Shown here: positions 61,284-64,000 of the stretch, piece after piece
How positions within the stretch are numbered: the stretch's first letter is position 1
How the letters are laid out: each line of letters opens with the position of its first letter
Assembly: GCA_000146045.2 (NCBI GenBank)
Contig: BK006943.2
Location: 256,001-320,000, forward strand
Source: TPA_inf: Saccharomyces
Lineage: Eukaryota
Direction: 5' to 3'
DNA: 64,000 nucleotides
The notes under the pieces: model-generated
What the model was told of the DNA's origin: nothing
Database searches by the model: none
What the model saw: the letters and a program-made list of their open reading frames with translations, nothing else
Translations under genes and position numbers: made by a program

Positions 61284-63776
61284 ATGAACTTGAAGCAGTT
61301 CACGTGCCTATCATGCGCTCAATTACTCGCTATTCTGCTCTTTATCTTTGCTTTTTTCCCTAGAAAAATCGTGCTGACAGGTATATCAAAGCAAGATCCG
61401 GATCAAGACCGTGATCTCCAGCGCGATAGGCCCTTCCAGAAATTGGTGTTTGTGATCATTGATGCTCTCAGATCAGACTTTCTTTTTGATTCGCAGATTT
61501 CCCACTTCAACAACGTGCACCAATGGCTCAATACGGGCGAAGCATGGGGTTACACGTCATTTGCTAATCCGCCTACCGTGACGCTGCCTAGACTCAAAAG
61601 TATTACTACGGGATCTACACCTAGCTTCATTGACTTGCTGCTGAATGTAGCCCAGGACATAGATTCCAACGATCTTTCGGAGCACGATTCCTGGCTGCAG
61701 CAGTTCATCCAACATAATAACACGATTCGTTTCATGGGCGATGACACCTGGCTGAAACTGTTCCCACAGCAATGGTTTGACTTCGCTGACCCGACACACT
61801 CGTTCTTTGTCAGTGATTTCACTCAAGTCGATAATAATGTGACGAGGAACTTGCCCGGGAAATTATTTCAGGAATGGGCCCAGTGGGACGTGGCTATCCT
61901 GCATTACTTGGGTCTTGACCATATCGGGCATAAAGATGGCCCGCATTCAAAGTTTATGGCTGCTAAACATCAAGAAATGGACAGCATTCTGAAGTCAATA
62001 TATGATGAAGTGTTGGAACATGAAGATGACGATGATACACTGATTTGTGTTCTTGGCGACCATGGAATGAACGAACTGGGCAACCATGGTGGCTCTTCAG
62101 CCGGCGAAACATCAGCAGGATTGTTGTTTTTGTCACCTAAGCTGGCGCAATTTGCTAGGCCAGAATCGCAAGTAAACTACACATTGCCCATCAACGCTAG
62201 TCCGGACTGGAATTTCCAGTATTTAGAGACTGTTCAACAAATTGATATCGTCCCCACCATAGCAGCACTGTTTGGTATGCCAATCCCCATGAACAGTGTT
62301 GGGATAATAATACCTGACTTTTTACAACTGTTGCCCAATAAGTTGGCAAGTATGAAAGAAAATTTTATGCATTTGTGGAAATTATCAGACCATCACGGCG
62401 AGGTTGCTCTTGACGATTTCACTGCCGAAGATATTTATACAAAGATGTACACTATTCAAGAAACGTTAACCAAGTCTGCAACAAATTATAATTATCCTCT
62501 TTTGACACTGGCTTTTGTTGGTTTCCTCATAATAACAATCATCGCCATTTATGTATTATTACGTTATTCTGGGCCTGATTTTTGGCAGTTGCGCGTTTCT
62601 TCCCTGTCTGTTCTGTTAGTTTCCATTATACTAGGCGTTTCCACATTTGCAAGTAGTTTCATTGAAGAGGAGCACCAACTGTGGTGGTGGATAGTAACTG
62701 CATTCTCGGCGGTCCCTCTGTTCGTATACCGATTGAATGTGCTCATAATCGTGCGCTGGTTTATAATGATGGCATGCGTACGCTCAATCAAGTTTTGGAA
62801 TAACAGTGGCCAGAAATTCATTTATTCTAACGTTATGTCCAATCTACTTAATCAGAATCCTTCCTGGAAGTGGTGCTTAAATATGTTGACATTTCTAGTG
62901 CTGATAATGGCATCTGCTGGTTTTCAAGTACTACATTTTATTGTCACTACTATTTTGGTGGGGTTGTGTTTCACGTACAAAATCTCGTGGGAAATCGTCA
63001 ATGGTAACCAGGCAGAAATACCGCTCTTTATGCATGATTTACTGGCTAAGATAGACTTTGCACCAACTGAAAGTAACTTGATTGTACTTGCGCGCGTTTT
63101 CTTCCAAGCTTGGGCTATTGTTGTCATTTCAAGGTTGGTCCTGACGAAATTGAAAGTACTTAACAAGAACTACCTCATTAAAGATATGAAAGTTTATATA
63201 ACAATTCTTTTGATGTTCCAAACTTCTTCTCAGAACATAGGTCAATTTCTCGTTTTCCAAATATTAGAGTCCCAAATTTTTTACTTTTTCCAAAATATTC
63301 CAACCGCCTCATTAACATCAACAAGTAAGATTTATTTTTCGAATTTGGTGTCCTTAATTTTACAAAATTTTACATTTTTCCAATTCGGTGGCACAAATTC
63401 CATTTCTACTATAGACCTTGGAAACGCATACCATGGTGTTTCCTCAGACTACAACATCTACGTAGTGGGGATATTAATGTCCGTTGCCAATTTCGCGCCG
63501 GCAATATACTGGTCCATGCTACCGTGGTCAATAAACTACGCCTCTATTCCAGCACAAGTTAAGTTGCAAACGTTCATCAGAAGTAAGTTACCTGCCTTCA
63601 CCTATCATTGTATATTTGGAACTTGTTTGATGACGGCATGCGTCGTTTTGAGATTTCATCTCTTTATTTGGTCCGTTTTCAGTCCAAAATTATGTTATTT
63701 TCTTGGGTGGAATTTTGTGATGGGATTGCTGAATGGCTGGTTACCTGAATTGGCCCTCCTTTGCGCTCTTGATTAA
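61284..63776 (+). CDS. LAS21: GPI ethanolamine-phosphate transferase Las21/Gpi7. 830 aa.
   Basis: N-terminal signal/transmembrane segment, a lumenal alkaline-phosphatase/sulfatase-type domain (VIIDALRSDF...GDHGM), then many C-terminal transmembrane helices. Length is 830 aa. Confidence 0.93.
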   Translation: MNLKQFTCLSCAQLLAILLFIFAFFPRKIVLTGISKQDPDQDRDLQRDRPFQKLVFVIIDALRSDFLFDSQISHFNNVHQWLNTGEAWGYTSFANPPTVTLPRLKSITTGSTPSFIDLLLNVAQDIDSNDLSEHDSWLQQFIQHNNTIRFMGDDTWLKLFPQQWFDFADPTHSFFVSDFTQVDNNVTRNLPGKLFQEWAQWDVAILHYLGLDHIGHKDGPHSKFMAAKHQEMDSILKSIYDEVLEHEDDDDTLICVLGDHGMNELGNHGGSSAGETSAGLLFLSPKLAQFARPESQVNYTLPINASPDWNFQYLETVQQIDIVPTIAALFGMPIPMNSVGIIIPDFLQLLPNKLASMKENFMHLWKLSDHHGEVALDDFTAEDIYTKMYTIQETLTKSATNYNYPLLTLAFVGFLIITIIAIYVLLRYSGPDFWQLRVSSLSVLLVSIILGVSTFASSFIEEEHQLWWWIVTAFSAVPLFVYRLNVLIIVRWFIMMACVRSIKFWNNSGQKFIYSNVMSNLLNQNPSWKWCLNMLTFLVLIMASAGFQVLHFIVTTILVGLCFTYKISWEIVNGNQAEIPLFMHDLLAKIDFAPTESNLIVLARVFFQAWAIVVISRLVLTKLKVLNKNYLIKDMKVYITILLMFQTSSQNIGQFLVFQILESQIFYFFQNIPTASLTSTSKIYFSNLVSLILQNFTFFQFGGTNSISTIDLGNAYHGVSSDYNIYVVGILMSVANFAPAIYWSMLPWSINYASIPAQVKLQTFIRSKLPAFTYHCIFGTCLMTACVVLRFHLFIWSVFSPKLCYFLGWNFVMGLLNGWLPELALLCALD

Positions 63777-64000
63777 CATAGAATTGTTCACGTGGTCTAA
63801 ATATGTATACATATATGATAGTTTATAGATTCATACTGAGACAAGTGAAAAAAAAAAAATCTACTATCGACCTTCTCTCTTTTCGCGGCAGCAAAAATGA
63901 AAAATTAACTTCAATAAAAAAGTTGAATACTTTCAAATATTCTAATTGCATTTAATATTTAAGCAACAAAAGGACAGCGATAATTGAGTGGTGGCTTAAT

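Overview
This window is a gene-dense stretch of Saccharomyces cerevisiae nuclear DNA. I identify it as the left arm of chromosome X, from TOK1 (YJL093C, partial at the left edge) to LAS21 (YJL062W). The identification rests on recognising many of the translated ORFs from memory as well-known yeast proteins, on their order and orientation, and on lengths that match the known proteins. No database search was run. I call 29 protein-coding genes: TOK1 (partial), SRS2, GWT1, DPB11, SIP4, ARG3, TRL1, EXO70, ALY2, TAX4, IML2, ARP4, SCP160, PRY1, PRY3, ICS3, NET1, SMC3, JEM1, PSF2, ARG2, YJL070C, UTP18, YJL068C, MPM1, DLS1, MRPL8, COA3 and LAS21. For five genes (GWT1, ARG3, EXO70, ARP4, JEM1) the ORF-track start is an upstream in-frame Met and I moved the start to the internal Met that fits the known protein. 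I found no tRNA, rRNA, Ty or LTR element, intron, CRISPR array or prokaryote-type operon. I also found nothing I would defend as a previously undescribed biological system. This is ordinary, well-studied yeast chromatin, and the rest of the six-frame track is mostly antisense or promoter-embedded chance ORFs. The observations worth a second look are modest. (1) The YJL070C ORF is an AMP-deaminase homolog whose catalytic motif has degenerated, so it looks like a pseudo-enzyme. (2) PRY1 and PRY3 are a tandem pair of CAP-domain paralogs with the domain at opposite ends, and PRY3 carries a large expandable Ser/Thr repeat. (3) Textbook cis-elements sit where expected: a Gcn4 TGACTCA upstream of ARG3 and a weaker one upstream of ARG2, a perfect CSRE upstream of SIP4, tandem MCB cores upstream of SMC3, and PAC plus RRPE upstream of UTP18. 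(4) There are several poly(dA:dT) tracts, a (TG)8 and a (TA)n microsatellite, coding His/Gln/acidic-Ser repeats, and a GC-rich palindrome in the TRL1/EXO70 divergent promoter. All motif calls come from reading the sequence by eye and need a scan or experiment to confirm.
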